The translations under genes and the position numbers were made by a program. The notes beneath the pieces were generated by a model. It was not told the origin of the DNA. It made no database searches and saw nothing but the letters and a program-made list of their open reading frames with translations. From Narcine bancroftii (taxonomy: Eukaryota): a DNA stretch of 64,000 bases. Shown here one piece after another: positions 23,759 through 38,125 of the stretch (the first letter of the stretch is position 1; each line of letters opens with the position of its first letter). The DNA lies in contig NC_091475.1 of assembly GCF_036971445.1 (NCBI RefSeq), forward strand, positions 153,760,001 to 153,824,000, given 5' to 3'.

Positions 23759-26700
23759 CAGGCCAGTCCCTCCCCTCCCAGAACTGGCAATTGGGCACTG
23801 TATTTAGGAAGCTGATCTCTGCGCCGTGGGGCTGGGGAAGTGATGGGTTGGTCAAAGTCCAAGTAGGCCAGCTTCAACTGGTCGAGTGTGAAAGTCTCTT
23901 CCTTGCCACCAAAGTGGAGCCATTGTATCTGAGGACATGGTTCAGCCCCTCGTAAGGCTGCTGTAGAGGTGGCTGGTGAGCCCCACGCCGAACAAACACA
24001 TATGTACAATCAGTAAAGATTTTTGGGATGCAAGTGCAAGGTTAGCCGTGGGGTCTAAGTTTAGCAGGGACCAGCATGCCTAGGCGTTCACATGGTCAGG
24101 ACAATGTGGTCAATGGGGGCTTCCCTAAGTCTGTATTTTCCCAGTATAACTAGGGGTGCACCATAGACCATCTTGGCAGAAGATGCCTCGAGGTCCTCCT
24201 TGGGTGCGGTGCAGATGCCTAACAGGACTCAAGGGAGTTTGTCGGCCCAGTAAGCCCCATGCCATTAAGGCTGCCTTAAGATATCTGTGGAACCTCTTCA
24301 CCAACTAGTTGGCCTGTGGGTGATATGCTATAATGTGGTGGAGTTGTGTCCCCAGCGTGTGGGCTAAGGCAGTCCACAGACTGGAAGTGAATTAAGATGT
24401 CATGCTTCTGTGGAAGCTTCTGATATTGACACCACCTCTGGTCATCTGGTAGAAATTTGTGAGAAGGTAATGCGCGCCTCTAGATATGGGTGGGGTCCCC
24501 ACAATGTCAATGTGCAGGTGGCTGAAATGGTGACATGCTGGCTCAAATGTCTGTGGTGGAGCTTTGATATGAGTCTGGATTTTAGATGTCTGGCATTGAG
24601 TACAAGTCCTGGCAAACAGGGCGACCTCTTTGTGAAGGCCATGCCAAACATAATTGTTTGCCACCATTTTGATGGCAATCCTGATGGAGGGGTGAGCCAA
24701 GTTGTGGACCGTGTTGAAAATCTGCCTCTTCCATGCAGCCAGAATGACAGGGCGAGGTTTACCCATTGAGATGTCACAGAGTAGCGTGTGATTGCCGGGC
24801 GCAATCTGGATGTCCTCCAGTTGTAAGCCAGTGAGCGCTTTCTGGTACACTGGAATGTCAGGGTCTGCTTGCTGTGAATCAGCAAGGGCCACGTAGTCGA
24901 TACCAGGGGTATGGTTGTCCACCGCCAAGATACCCGGATGGGATAGGGTGTTGGCCACCACGTTGGATTTGCAACTATGTGTACAATGTCCGTTGTAACT
25001 TCAGATATGTAGGACAGGTGCTGCTGTTGCCTGGATCTGACACACTTCTAAAGACGAAGGTAAGGGGTTTGTGGTCTGTTTAAATTATGAACATCCTGCC
25101 CTCCAGGAAGTAATTAAAGTGCTGAATTGCCAGGTATGAGCCTAACAGTTCTCTATCAAAGGCACTGTTCTTGAGCTCTGGTGTCCTGAGGTATTTACTG
25201 AAAAAGCCCAGCAGTTGCCATTGTCTATTTACCAGTTGCTCAAGTACACCCCCGACCGCTAAGTTTGTCATGAAAGCAGTCAGGGCATCTGTCCACAGGT
25301 GCTCGAGAAGGGTGGCATTGGGTAGGGCGGTTTTGGTGACCTGGAAAGACTCAGTCGTCTCATGAGTCCATTATATGTTTTTCTTGGGTCCTGCGATGCG
25401 GGGAAAGAGTGGGCTCATGATGTAGGCCACTGCAGGTATGAAATGGCGATAAAAGTTGACCATACCTGCAAACTCTTGCACTCCCTTCGCTGTTGATGGC
25501 ATGGGGAAAGAGCAAATAGCATTCATCTTAGTGGTAACGGTCTGGCTCCATGTTGGTCAGTACAATGGCCCAGGAAGTCAATAGTCTCGCGACCAAACTG
25601 GCACTTGGCCAAGCTGATGGTTAGGCTGAAATCACTCAGCCTGGAGAATAATTGTTTTCAGGGGCGGTGGGCTTGGTGCGGGTGTGGCTGGCAATTAAAA
25701 TGTCATCAAGGTAGATGAAGGCAAAATGCAGATCCCGGCCCACTGCATCCATCAGCCTCTGTAAAGTCTGAGCCATGTATTTTAACCTGAAGGGCATGTG
25801 GAGAAATTCAAACAATCCAAAGGGGGTTATGATGACAGGTTTTGGGATGTCTTTGGGGTATACCGAGATCTAGTGATAGCCCCTGATAAGGTCCACTTTG
25901 AGAATATCCGTGCCCCTTCCAGGTTTGTGGTGAAGTCTTGGATATGGGGCACAGGATATCTGTCCAGTATGGTGGCCTCGTTGATACGGCGGAAGTCTCC
26001 GCATGGCCTCCAACTACCCGCTGCCTTGGGGACCATGTGGAGAGGGGAGGCCCAAGGATTATCAGAGAGCTACACAATGCCAAGTTCCTCCATCTCTTTG
26101 AACTCATCCCTGGCTAGGTTGAGTTTCTCGGGGGAGATGCCATGCCCTGGCATGAAGGGGAAGGCCCTCTGTAACAATTTGGTGCTTCACCCCATGTTTG
26201 GGTTCTGCCGAATGGAAGTGAGGTGTGGTGATGGAGGGGAATTCTGCTAGGACCCGAGCGAATTCGTTGTCGGCAGTACTCACTGAGTGCAGATGGGGGT
26301 TGGTGAGTTCGATGCCCCTGATCGATAGTGACTGAAATGTCCAGGCGTGCACCAGCTGGGGCTCCTTGATATCCACCAGGAGTAAGTTAGCCCGCAGGAA
26401 ATCTGCACCCAGTAATGGTTGTTGCACGGCTGCCATCGTAAACTTCCAAGTGAATTGTCTGTCCCTGAAGCGTAGGGGAATGGTATGGGTGCCTAATGTT
26501 CGGATATTGTAACCATTTTCCCCTTGGAGCTCCTGGCCCATTTTGCCACAGCAGGCCTCCAGGCTGGTTGGGGGAATGATGCTGCATTGGGCCCCAGTGT
26601 CCACCAAGAAACATCAGCCCAAAAGGGAGTCTTGAATGTGTAGCAGGCTATGCAGTTGGCTGGCCATTTTTCCATTAACAACGGCTGGCCTGTACCTTTC

Positions 26701-27395
26701 CCTGGAATGTGCAAGGTGAGTGGCATTGACAGGCCTCGGAACTTCACTGTCAGTGATATAAACAGTATTGCTTACTGGTGGGGTGGGGCATTCGGGTGGT
26801 CAGACAGTTGGTCGATGGTCTTCCTGGCCGGGCGCTGATGATGCAGTGCTGTCACCTGCTCGAGCAAAGTGCAGGTGTCCCTCTTTGCTGCCCATAGCAA
26901 GTCTGCTCAGACAGCCACCTTCCTGGGGTTATTGAAATCTTCCTCCGCGATGGGCAGTCAAATATCCTCGGGCAGCCTCTCCAGGAAGATCTGCTGGAGC
27001 AGTGTCCAGGAGGTGTGGCCATCATTGAGAGTGAGCATGTCACTCATGAGGGTGGAAGGGGTCCTGTCTCCAAAACCATCGCTATGCATCAGTCGAGTTG
27101 AGGGCCCGAAAATGTGGGTGAACAGCTCTTTGATGGCCACATACCTTCCTTTTTCGAGGGGCTGCTGGATGAAGTTGATGATGCGGGCTGCGGTGTCCTG
27201 ATCGAAGGTGCTGACTATATGGTAGTAGCATGTGTCATTTACGGAGATCCATTGAATGGTGAACTGCACCCTGGCTTGCTGGAACCACACCTGTGATGTC
27301 AAGAAGCCGGGCAGCTTCAATGCTATGGCGTTGATCGCAGATTGCTCTTCCACCTTTGGGTCCAAAGTGTCGTTTGGACCAGTTTGGGTCACCAA

Positions 27396-27753
27396 TGTAG
27401 TGAGGTTGCTATGGCTACAGCTAGTATATAGCTCTCAGTTATAGCCCCAAGGCTGTAGCATGAATCCGTAGAAGAAGAAAGACACACACAGACCAGTAGA
27501 ATGTATTTGACACTGTTTATTTAGTGGCAACTCTACCTTTTATAATCAGCTCACCTGGGCATGGCTTGAGCAGGCTGGCTGCCGATTGATTACCTCGGAT
27601 GCTCGGGATCCGATTGAGCACTGGCAGTGATTGGCCAGTTTCACCGCTCTGCCGATTGTCTATGAAAATGGGTGTTTCAGCCCGCACTATGCTTTGCTGG
27701 TCGCTGTGTTTGACAGCCTTTTCCTGTGTTGACCTGAGGCATGGGCTGCTATA
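27396..27753 (-). repeat. 5' LTR of the CsRn1-like element
   Basis: TGTAGTGAGG...GCTGCTATA; adjacent to the PBS at 27385-27394. Confidence 0.9.
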
Positions 27754-27927
27754 GCACAGTTTTTAAATAGAGTCTTTAAGTATATCTATGTGGGCTCTAT
27801 CTATGAATACAATGGGAATCATAAGATTACATTTGGCCTTGTTTCTGTCAAAATGCATTCACCATGTGATAGTACATGTGTTTATTATATAACAAACTGG
27901 AAACTACTTGAAAAATAAAGGAATGTT

Positions 27928-30900
27928 AAAGGTAATGATGGAAAAACGGAAAGAGAAGATAAACAAAATATAAAATGGCTACGCTGAACTATATGACTCT
28001 AAATATTAATGGAATACATAACCAAATTAAAAGGAAGAAACTACTAAATTTACTGAAAAAGGAAAAAATAGATATAGCATTTGTCCAAGAAACACACTTA
28101 ACTGAATTGGAGCACAAGAAATTAAAGAGAGATTGGGTAGGACATGTAACAGCAGCATCGTATAATTCAAAAGCAAGAGGAGTGGCTATATTAATTAGCA
28201 AAAATGTGCCATTTAAAATAGAAGAGGAAATAATAGATCCAGCAGGGAGATATGTTATGATAAAATGTCAGATATATTCGGAGCTTTGGAATCTACTTAA
28301 TATATATTCACCTAACGAGGAAGATCAAAAGTTTATGCAAGATATCTTTTTGAAGGTAGCTAATACGCAAGGGAACATACTAATAGGAGGGGATTTCAAT
28401 CTGAATTTGGATCCAAATATGGATAAAACGGGGAAAAAAATTAACAGGAAGAACAAAGTAACCAAATTTATAATTAAATCAATGCAAGAAATGAAACTTG
28501 TGGACATATGGAGGAAACAAAACCCAAAAGAAAAGGAATACTCATACTACTCGACTAGACATAAAACATACTCAAGAATAGACCTATTTTTGTTATCAGC
28601 TAGTATGCAGGATAGAGTAAGAAAAACAGAATATAAAGCGAGAATGCTATCGGACCATTCACCCTTAATACTGACAGTAAAGCTAGAGGACATCCCTCCA
28701 AGAATGTATAGATGGAGATTAAACCCCATGCTACTTAAAAGACAGGATTTTAGAGAATTTATTGAAAAACAATTAAAAATGTACTTTGAAGTAAATACGG
28801 AATCAGTGGAAGATAAGTTTATACTATGGGACGCAATGAAAGCATTCATTAGAGGACAAATAATAAGTTATGCAACCAAGATGAAGAAGGACTATAATTA
28901 GGAAACAGAGCAGTTGGAAAGGGAAATAATAAACATAGAAAAAAAATTAGCAATAAAGGAAGATACAACCAAAAGAAGAGAATTGGCGGATAAAAAAATA
29001 AAATATGAAACATTACAAACATATAAGGTGGAGAAGAATATAATGAAGACAAAACAGAAATATTATGAACTAGGTGAAAAAACACACAAAATCCTAGCAT
29101 GGCAGCTTAAGACAGAGCAAACTAAGAAAATGGTATTGGCAACAAGGAAAAAAGACAAACAAATTACATATAATCCAAAAGAAATTAAGGAAAACTTCAG
29201 AGAATTCTATGAACAATTATACCGAACTGAAAACGAAGGGAAAGAAGGGAAAATAGATGAATTTTTGACTAAAATTGAACTACCAAAACTACAAATAGAG
29301 GAACAAAATAAATTAACAGAACCATTTGGAACAGTAGAAATACAAGAGATAATAAAAAATTTACCAAATAATAAGACACCAGGAGAGGATGGACTCCCAA
29401 TAGAATTCTACAAAACATTTAAAGATCTAATAATACCGCCCCTCCTGGATGTAATCAACCAGATTGATGAGACACAAAACTTACCAGATTCATGTAAAAC
29501 AGCAATAATTACAGTGATACTAAAACAAGGGAAAGATCCACTCTCACCAGCGTCATATAGACCAATATCGCTGCTAAACACAGATTATAAGATAATAGCT
29601 AAACTATTAGCAAACAGATTAGCAGAACAGGTACCGAAAATGGTAAATTTAGACCAAACTGGATTTATCAAAAAAAGACGCACAACAGACAATATTTGTA
29701 AATTTATTAACTTAATTCATGCAGTAGAAAGAAATAAAGCACCGGCAGTAGCAGTTGCTTTAGACGCAGAGAAGGCCTTCGACAGAGTAGAATGGAATTA
29801 CTTGTTCAAAGTATTGCAAAAATTCAGTTTACCGGAGAAGTATATTAATTGGATTAAAGCATTATATGAGGGACCGTTAGCGAAAGTGACAGTAAATGGA
29901 CATGTATCAAAGCAATTTAACTTAAGCAGGTCAACGCGGCAGGGATGCCCACTATCACCATTATTGTTTGCGCTAGCTATAGAACTACTAGCAGAATCGA
30001 TAAGAATAGATAATAATATAAAAGGAATAAAAATAAAAGACAGGGAATATAAAATCAGTCTATTTGCGGATGATGTGATAGTGTACTTAACAGAACCAGA
30101 ACTATCAATAAAAGAACTATATAAGAAATTGAAGGAATATGGAGAAGTGTCGGGATACAAGATAAACGTAAATAAAAGTGAAGCAATGCCTATGAATAAC
30201 GCGGATTTCTCAAAATTTAAGGAGGAATCCCCATTCAGATGGCAAATGCAGGCAATAAGATACCTAGGTGTGCAAATAAACAAAAATCTAGGCCAATTAT
30301 ATAAACTCAATTACAATCCACTAATGAAAAAATTACAGGACGATTTAGAGCATTGGAAAGAGCTACCACTAACACTGATAGGAAGGATAAACTGTATTAA
30401 AATGAACATTTTTCCAAGGATACTATACTTATTTCAGGCATTGCCAATACAACTGACAGAAAAATTCTTCAAAGAGTTAAAGAAAATAATAAGGAGATTT
30501 TTATGGAGAGGGGGGAAACCGAGGATAGCACTAGATAAATTAACAGAATGGTATAAACAAGGAGGCTTACAATTGCCAAACTTCAAAAATTATTATAGAG
30601 CCGCACAATTAAGGTACCTATCAGATTTTTATCAAACAAGGGAAAAACCAGACGGGACGAGACTAGAATTAGATAAAATAGGGGAAAAGATACCTGAACA
30701 CATATTATATAAATGGGACGAAAAATTGGTACAACATAGAACTTCTCCAGTATTACACCATCTCCTCCATATATGGAAGAAGATTCATGTAGAAAGAAAT
30801 AAAATAAATGATCAAATACCAAAACTAATATTGACGCAAAATAAGCTACTCCCTTTTACAATAGACAACCTTTCCTTTAGAAAATGGGAAAAAAAAGGGA

Positions 30901-32049
30901 TTAAAAGAATAGAAAATTGTTTTTCAGGAAGTAGATTCTTATCCTTTGAACAAATGAGAGATAAGTACAATATAACTGGAGATACAGCGCTGGCATATTA
31001 CCAACTGAGATCCTACTTGAAAGATAAATTAGGAAGCAATTTGAGTTTACCAGAGGGAAGTAACCTTGAATATGTGATTACAGATACAATGTTAATCAAA
31101 AGATTTATAACAAATATGTATATCAAACTGCAAGAAAAGGAGAATGAGGAAACAAATGGTAAAACTAAACAAAAATGGGAACAAGATTTAAATATAAAGA
31201 TAAAAAAGGAAACATGGGAGAAATTATGTTCTGGAACGATGAGAAATACAATAAATACGAGGCTGCGTATGATACAATATAATTGGTTACACAGACTATA
31301 CATTACACCGCAAAAGTTAAATAAATGGGACCCAACAGTATCTGATAGATGTTTTCGATGTAAAAAAGAAAGGGGAACAACAATTCATGCAATCTGGACA
31401 TGTGAGAGAGTAGAAAAATTTTGGGATGATCTCAATCAGATATTAAATAAAATAACAGAAAACAATATACCAAAGAATCCAGAGATCTTTCTCCTAAGTA
31501 ACATAAAAAATAAAGAATTTGGAATTGACTTGGAAGATGCACAAAAAAGATTTGTCAAGATAGCCCTAGCCGTAGCAAAAAAATGTATTATGTCAACCTG
31601 GAAATTGGAAGATAATTTGAAAATACAACAATGGTATATAGAAATGAATAAATGTATTCCATTAGAAAAAATAACATATAGTTTAAGAAATAATATTGAA
31701 ATATTCGAACAAGTATGGGAGCCTTACATTAAATACAATAGCGAAAACCTACCGGGAACAAACATTACCTAAGTTGATGGAAGGAGAAGAAAAGAAAAGA
31801 ATGGACTCAGTAGAATTTCTGGTGTATTTTTGTTGAATGACAACATTGTCTGACTGAATTAATGCAACCTAGATTGTATACCTAAAATGGATGAGAGGGG
31901 GGTGGTGGGGGGGGTGGCTTGGGAGGAGGGAGGGGGGGGGGAGAAAAAATCACTGTAAATGTGTGGAAAAGAAAAAGTGTATATCATGGCTATTGTGATT
32001 TATGGTGTGAAAAATAAAAAAATTTATATACAGAAAAAAAAAGAAAAAG
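27928..32049 (+). mobile_element. Young L1-clade LINE, truncated 47 bp upstream of ORF2
   Basis: 17-bp TSD AAAAATAA(A/C)GGAATGTT at 27911-27927 and 32050-32066. Complete ORF2, G-rich 3' UTR, AATAAA near 32012 and an A-rich tail. Confidence 0.95.
27975..31772 (+). pseudogene. L1 ORF2 (APE endonuclease, RT, CCHC), 1265 codons with one in-frame TAG at 28899-28901
   Basis: ORFs 27975-28901 and 28914-31772 are in the same frame. Endonuclease motifs NING, QETH, GGDFN, SRID, SDH; RT motifs LDAEKAFD, RQGCPLSP, FADD; zinc knuckle CFRCKKERGTTIHAIWTC. Confidence 0.93.
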
Positions 32050-32120
32050 AAAAATAACGGAATGTTCACATCATTCATCGTGATTACATATGGTAAGGAA
32101 CAGATCTATCATAAGTCATA

Positions 32121-35100
32121 TGTTACCATATATTACTATATGTGGACTATAGACGTTGGTGTACACATTGTGAAATCGCTGTGCACATTGTCGATTTGAT
32201 ATATAAAGGGGTAAGTCGATGTGCATGCTGTGGCGTCTAGTGCTAGACTGACAGCTCCAGGCTTGCATGCTGGGCTAAAATACATCACTGCTTCTGTCAC
32301 ATGGACAAGAAGTGACATCCCCAGTGATGTCATCAGCTCAGATAAAAACCTGTTTTGGATGCAGGTCAATTTCCCACATTTTCCACAGCACGTCCACCAT
32401 TTCTAGAGCCGGTTCGGATGCTGGTAAGTGGGTCGCCACATGACACCACACCCCCCCTCCCCCCCCCCCAAGAACCGGAAATCCCGCTGCGGACCCTCAA
32501 AGACTGAATTTCTTTTTGTTTGGTCGGCCTTCCTCCCTGCCAAGGTGCCTGAACCATGACTGGTTCGTTCAGATCCAGATGGGCAGGTTTGAGGTGGTCA
32601 ATTGCAAAAGCTTCCTCTTTATCTCCAATGTCCAAAATGTTCGTCGAAACATTGCATCTTAGTACCTTGAAGGAACCCTCATACAGATGCTCGGTGTACT
32701 CCTTTCTGTACAAAAACATACTTGTAGTCCTGCAAGTGCTGGGATATGTAGGACCTGGCTTGATCTTGATGAGATGTCTGTATGGGCACTAAAATCTGAG
32801 CTTCTCGCGAAGCTTGCTTAGGACTGCTGCGGGCATCTCCTCCTGTCCTAATGAGTTTGATACAAGTTCTCCTAGAACCAACAAGGGCATGTCATAGACC
32901 AGCTCTGCCGATGAGCCATGTATATCATCCTTAGTGCCATTTGTATGCCCAATAACCACGGCAATTCATCAACCCAATTAGGTCCCTGCAGACGAGCCAT
33001 AAGGGTCAATTTCAAATGCCTGTCAAACCTTTCTACAAGTCAGTTGAATTGTGGGTGGAATGTGTTTGTGTGGGGCAACTTTGTTCCAAGCAGGATGTCC
33101 ATTGCTGACTATAGGCTTGAAGTGAATTGGGCCCCCCTGTCAGACCAAAACGTATTATCCAGGCCGAAATGAGGGTCCTGGCGCAGGTGTCGGTAGTCAT
33201 GTCTGCCAGCGGAACCACCTCTGGCCATCGCAAGGCCTCATCCACTATCATGAAAATAAAATGGGATCCACGTGACATTGTCCATGTGTACATGGTCAAA
33301 CTGCTAACACATTGGCTCAAAAGATCGTAGTGGGGCTTTCATGTGTGGCTGTACTTTTGATGACTGGCAATAAGTGCATGTCTTCACCCAACTGCTGACC
33401 TGTTATCGAAGGCCATGCCACACAAATCTGTTGGCTACTATCTGGACAGTCGCTCTGATCAATGGGTGTGCCAACCCGTGTTCTGTGTCCTTCAGGCCAC
33501 TGGAACGATTGGGTGAGGACGACCTGTAGAAACGTCACTCAGGATTTTGTGCTCCCCCAGGCCTACTGGAATTTCTTCCAGCTCCGGGTTCAAGTCTCCT
33601 GTTCCATAACGCAGAATCTTTTCATCTACCTGTTGCACTTTCGCAAGCACAACGTAGTCCACCACGAATTGTATGGCTGGGCGAGACAGTGCATCTGCCA
33701 CTACATTGGCCTTCCCTGAGATGTGTTCGATGGCCATCGTGAACTCAGAAATGTATGATAAATGTCTCTGTTGATGAGCCGACCATGGATCTGATTCCTT
33801 AATAAAGGCAAAGGTAAGAAAATGGTCCATAAAAGCTGTGAAATGCCTTCTAGAAAGTACCTGAAATGTCTGATAGTAAGTACAGAGCCAACAATTCTTG
33901 ATCAAAAGTACTGAATTTGAGTTCTGGTGGTTTTAGGTGCTTGCAAAAGAAAGCCAATGGTTTCCACTGCCTATCCATGCACTGTTCAAGCATCCCTTCT
34001 ACTGGATGCATCCACTATCAGGGCTGTCAGGACATCCTTTCTTGGGTGGACCAACAATTCAGCATTAGCTAGTGCTTCCTTGGTATTCTCGAATACCTGC
34101 CAATGATCTTTCATCTCAAGTGATATCCCTTGCCTTGTCTGACATCAGGATGAAGAGGGGGTGTATGATGGTAGAAACCAGCAATAAAAGTTCACCATTT
34201 CAATGAACTCCTGGAGACCTTTAACTGTGCTGGGCTTAGTGAATGCCCAGATTGCCTTTGCCAGTAGTGGCTTTGCTCTGTGTTTGTTGAATCTACAGCC
34301 CAGAACGTCAATGGTCGCTAACCTGAATTGACACTTGGCTGGATTGATAGTCACCCCAAACTCATTCAAATGAGTGAAAAGCTTGCGCAGGTGGGACAGA
34401 TGTTCCTGACAACTGCGGCTAGCAATAAATATGTCGTCTAGGTATATGAAGGTAAATTCGAGATCATATCCCATTTTGTCCATTAAATGTTGGATAATCT
34501 GCATGGCATTGTTGAGCCCAAATGACATCCTTCTGAACTCAGAAAGGCTAAAGGGTGTAATAATAGCCGTGTTTGGAATGTCACCTAGGTTGACCGGGAT
34601 CTGATGATATCTCCGGACCAGATCCAACTTGGAAAAAATGCAGTCTCCCTGCAGGTTGGACATAAAGACCTGTAAATGTGATCCGGTGTGATAAACTTGT
34701 TCAACCTGTGGTAATCACTGCAGGGTCTCCATCTGCCTGCAGCTTTAGTTGCCACACTGAGCGGGAAGGCCCAGGAGCTATCGGACCATTGTTCAATACC
34801 CATGTCCTCCATCCTTTCAATCTCCTCTTTGGCTAAATGAAGTTTATCTAGAGGGAGCTTGTGAGCTTGGATGTGCAGCGGTGGCCCTTTGGTTGGTATG
34901 TGGTGCTGCACCCCATGTTACAGCATCGTTGAGATGAATTGTGGCATGATTATTGCGGGGAATTCCGCAAAAAACCTGGCAAATTAATTCTCCAAAAAAT
35001 AACAGAGTCTAAATGCTGAACTGGCAGCTTGGCCTCACCTAGAGCAAAGTCTGGAAAGTGTTGGTATGAATAAGCCTTTGTCCCTCAAATCTAGATCAAC

Positions 35101-36428
35101 CAGCAGGCCACGTGCTGAGAATAACAGCTCCCAGTAGTGGTTGTGTGACCATGGCCAATATGAACGTCCACATGAACTTAGTATCACCAAACTGAAGTGA
35201 GATCCTACGCATGCCATATGTCTGGATGGTACTGCAGTGATGGCCCGGATTTTCTGTTATGTGTCATGCCCTGAAGGGAGAAGTGCACTGATCTCAGCCC
35301 CTATATCCACCAAGAAAAGCCCGCTAGAACATCTATCCCAGACATATAAAAGGCTATCTCAATGTCCAGCTGCCTTAGCAATTAGCTTCAACCGGCTGCA
35401 GCGTTTTCCCTGAAATGTACAGGGAGGTCGGCAGCGGCAAGCTTCTGTGTCCCATCGTTGATGGTAGAAACATCAATGGGTGCTATCTTTGTTCCATTGT
35501 CTCCTGGCCGACTGGCAGTGTGATGATGAATTTGATCAACCCTGCTGCCAGTCTAATGTTGGATATGCACATGAGCAGGATCTGGTGACCTGTCCTATAG
35601 ATGCCTCGCCTTCTTGCTTAGCCCGCCATAAAATGTCAGCACAGGCTGCGACTCTCTGTGGGTCACTGAAATCTTCATTGGCCAGCAGCATGTGGATATC
35701 TTCTGGCAACTGCACCAAGAAAGACTACTCAAACATGAAGCAGGGCTTATGCCCTTCCACTAGTGCCACCATTTCATTCATGAGCACAGAAGGGGTCTTG
35801 TCTCCCAAGCCATCCAAGTGAAGTAAACAGGCCCACTCACTCACATCATGAGTTGCCAAAGGTATGGATGAGCAGACTCTTGAGTACTATATATTTGCCC
35901 TTTTCTGAAGGCTGCTGTAGAATATCAGAATCTCAGTATGCCATTCTTGATCCAGGGCACTTACTACATAGTGGTATCAGATGTTATCTGCCCCAACAGA
36001 ATTGAGCTTCTGTTTGGTCAAACCATAAACATGGTTGTGAAGTCCAAAACATTAGCAGTTTCAGAACCACAGCATGCATCAAAGAAAAATGTTCCATGTT
36101 GGGGTTCAAATTTCATTTGGACCATCAAGGTCACCAATGTAGCAAAGGATTCTATACTGCATTACTATAGACATCAGTGTATGCATTGTCTAGATTATAT
36201 ATACAAAGGGAAGTCAACATAGGCACTGTGTAGTCTCGTACAAGACTGATACCTCCAGGTTTGCATGTTGGGCTTATATACATCACTGCTTCTGTCACAT
36301 TGACAGGAAGTGACTTCAACAGTGATGTCATCAGCTCAAATAAACACCTGTGTTGGATGCTGGTCAATTTTCCACAACACCTTCACCATTTCTAGAGCTG
36401 GTTCCCTTGCTGGTAAGTGGGTCACTGT
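32121..36428 (-). mobile_element. Second CsRn1-like Gypsy provirus, older and more degraded
   Basis: LTRs at ~32121-32440 and ~36138-36428; PBS TGGTGACC. Gag CHCC knuckle CFYHQRWDTEACRCRPPC near 35415-35470; RT WRPCSDY and IYLDD; QQRHLSYISEF; RWPEVVPL. Confidence 0.88.
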
Positions 36429-38125
36429 GTGTGTATATTTATATATATATATATATATAATGTGTTTGCATTTGTTGTTTTTGCAATGCCATTTAAATCT
36501 TAACTGATGGCCCTATTCTCCTTTTGAATGACCACCCGAGCACAAACTGATAAATATTTTGCCATTGGCCTTGCAAAAGCCAAACAACTGAACGACTTCA
36601 CCATCACCTTTCCCAATAAAATATAGAGTAAATTGTGAAATGTTAATTTACATTGTGAATTCAAACTAATCTCACTGACGTTTTTAGGGGTAGTAATTCA
36701 TGTTGTAAGCATTCTATTTGTCATGCAATTTATTGTAGTGACAACCTTGATTTTCACACCAGTTGGAAGTAAATGATTGTGAAATAGTTTCTTATGAAGT
36801 TTAAAAAATATTTTTGCTCTCTTAATTTTATCTTGTTTTTCTGTGGCCAATTTGATTTTTATTCCATTGTATCCTGTTTCATTAATGTGCTGCTTTATGC
36901 TACTCTTCAATTGTAGTATTGAGAAGAGAAACCATGGAATGCCAGAAACAATGTTAACATTGCACTTTGCAAATGAGTTCATACTTCCAACAACCTGCCT
37001 TGCAAAAATAGTGTTTTTCTATAAAGTGGGGTTAAAACAAAATTAGTTCTCTGAGATGCACCATTTGACTGTCACGTTTGCCTGTAGGACTTTTAGTGGA
37101 TATCCCTTGGACTTGTGTGCATAATGCAAATTAATTTGTTCATTGAAAACTATTTTTATAAAGTTGCATTTCTGATTCCAAACAAACACAATAATTACAT
37201 AGATTGATTGAAACCGGTCAATTGTCCAAAGTGAGAGGTCAGCAGGTATGAGATGATTACTCTTGAACAAGAAAGTCTGCCTAGGCTGGGTTGAATGCAA
37301 TGCACAAAAGTGCTGGAGCAACTCAGTAGGTCATGCAGTATCTACCTGAAGTAAAGGGTAACCAGGTCTGAGCCCTTCGTCAAGTTATGAGCAAAAATCA
37401 GGTATGTACCTGGGAAAAAAAAAGCTTTTATACCGTCTATGTGTGGTTATCGTAAGGATGGGACATTTGAGATCTGTTCACCTTCCCTGCACATACCTCA
37501 AAGATTCAACAATGGCAATAAAGCTCTAATCAGAAAATGCATAGGTCTTGTTTTACAATCTGGGACATAGAACAGTGCAATGCAGAAACAGGCCTTTCAG
37601 CCCATCATGATGTCCAAAACAAACTAAAACTCTGCTGCTTGCACTTGATAGATACTTCTCCATTCCCTTCATATTCAGGTGTCTTTCTAGAAATCTCTTA
37701 AATGCTTTCGTTGCATATGTTTCCACCAGTACTCCTGGTGGTTCGTTCCAAGCACCCACCCACCAGATTACTGCCATCAACTCAATCCTTACACATATCT
37801 CCTCAATTTCCCACACATCTGCCCCAAGATGCCACAAGAACAAGATTTCCCTTGTCTGCTCCTGTCACCTGACTAACCTCCGCTTCTAACACGCATCCTC
37901 TGCAATGTCTGCCACCTATAACATAAAACCACCACCAGACACATCTTCTCCCCTCGCCTCTTTCTGCAGGAACCGCTCCCTCCAGGAATACTTCATCTAC
38001 TCGTCCTTTCCATCTAATCACTCCCTCGGTACCTATCCCTGTAACTGCAAGAAATACTACACTTATGGCCACTTCTCCTTCATCACCATTTAGGGCCCAA
38101 ATAGTCCTTCAAAGTGAAACCACAC

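Larger units (their letters stand above)
23380..27753 (-). mobile_element. Gypsy LTR retrotransposon, CsRn1-like, degraded provirus with two LTRs
   Basis: LTRs at 23380-23758 and 27396-27753; TSD GAAC/GCAC. PBS TGGTGACCC is tRNA-Trp-like and there is a purine tract beside the 3' LTR. Coding remnants: gag ALKLPGF..VWFQQA, protease VDTGA, RT WRPCGDFR and IYLDD, RNase H SAFDRELL, integrase HNLAHPSI..CTQCQ. Confidence 0.92.

Noticed and set aside
28899-28913. Programmed stop read-through, or separate EN and RT genes in the L1
   Set aside because: A single C-to-T change (CAG to TAG) in this copy is the simpler explanation, since L1 ORF2 is normally one frame.
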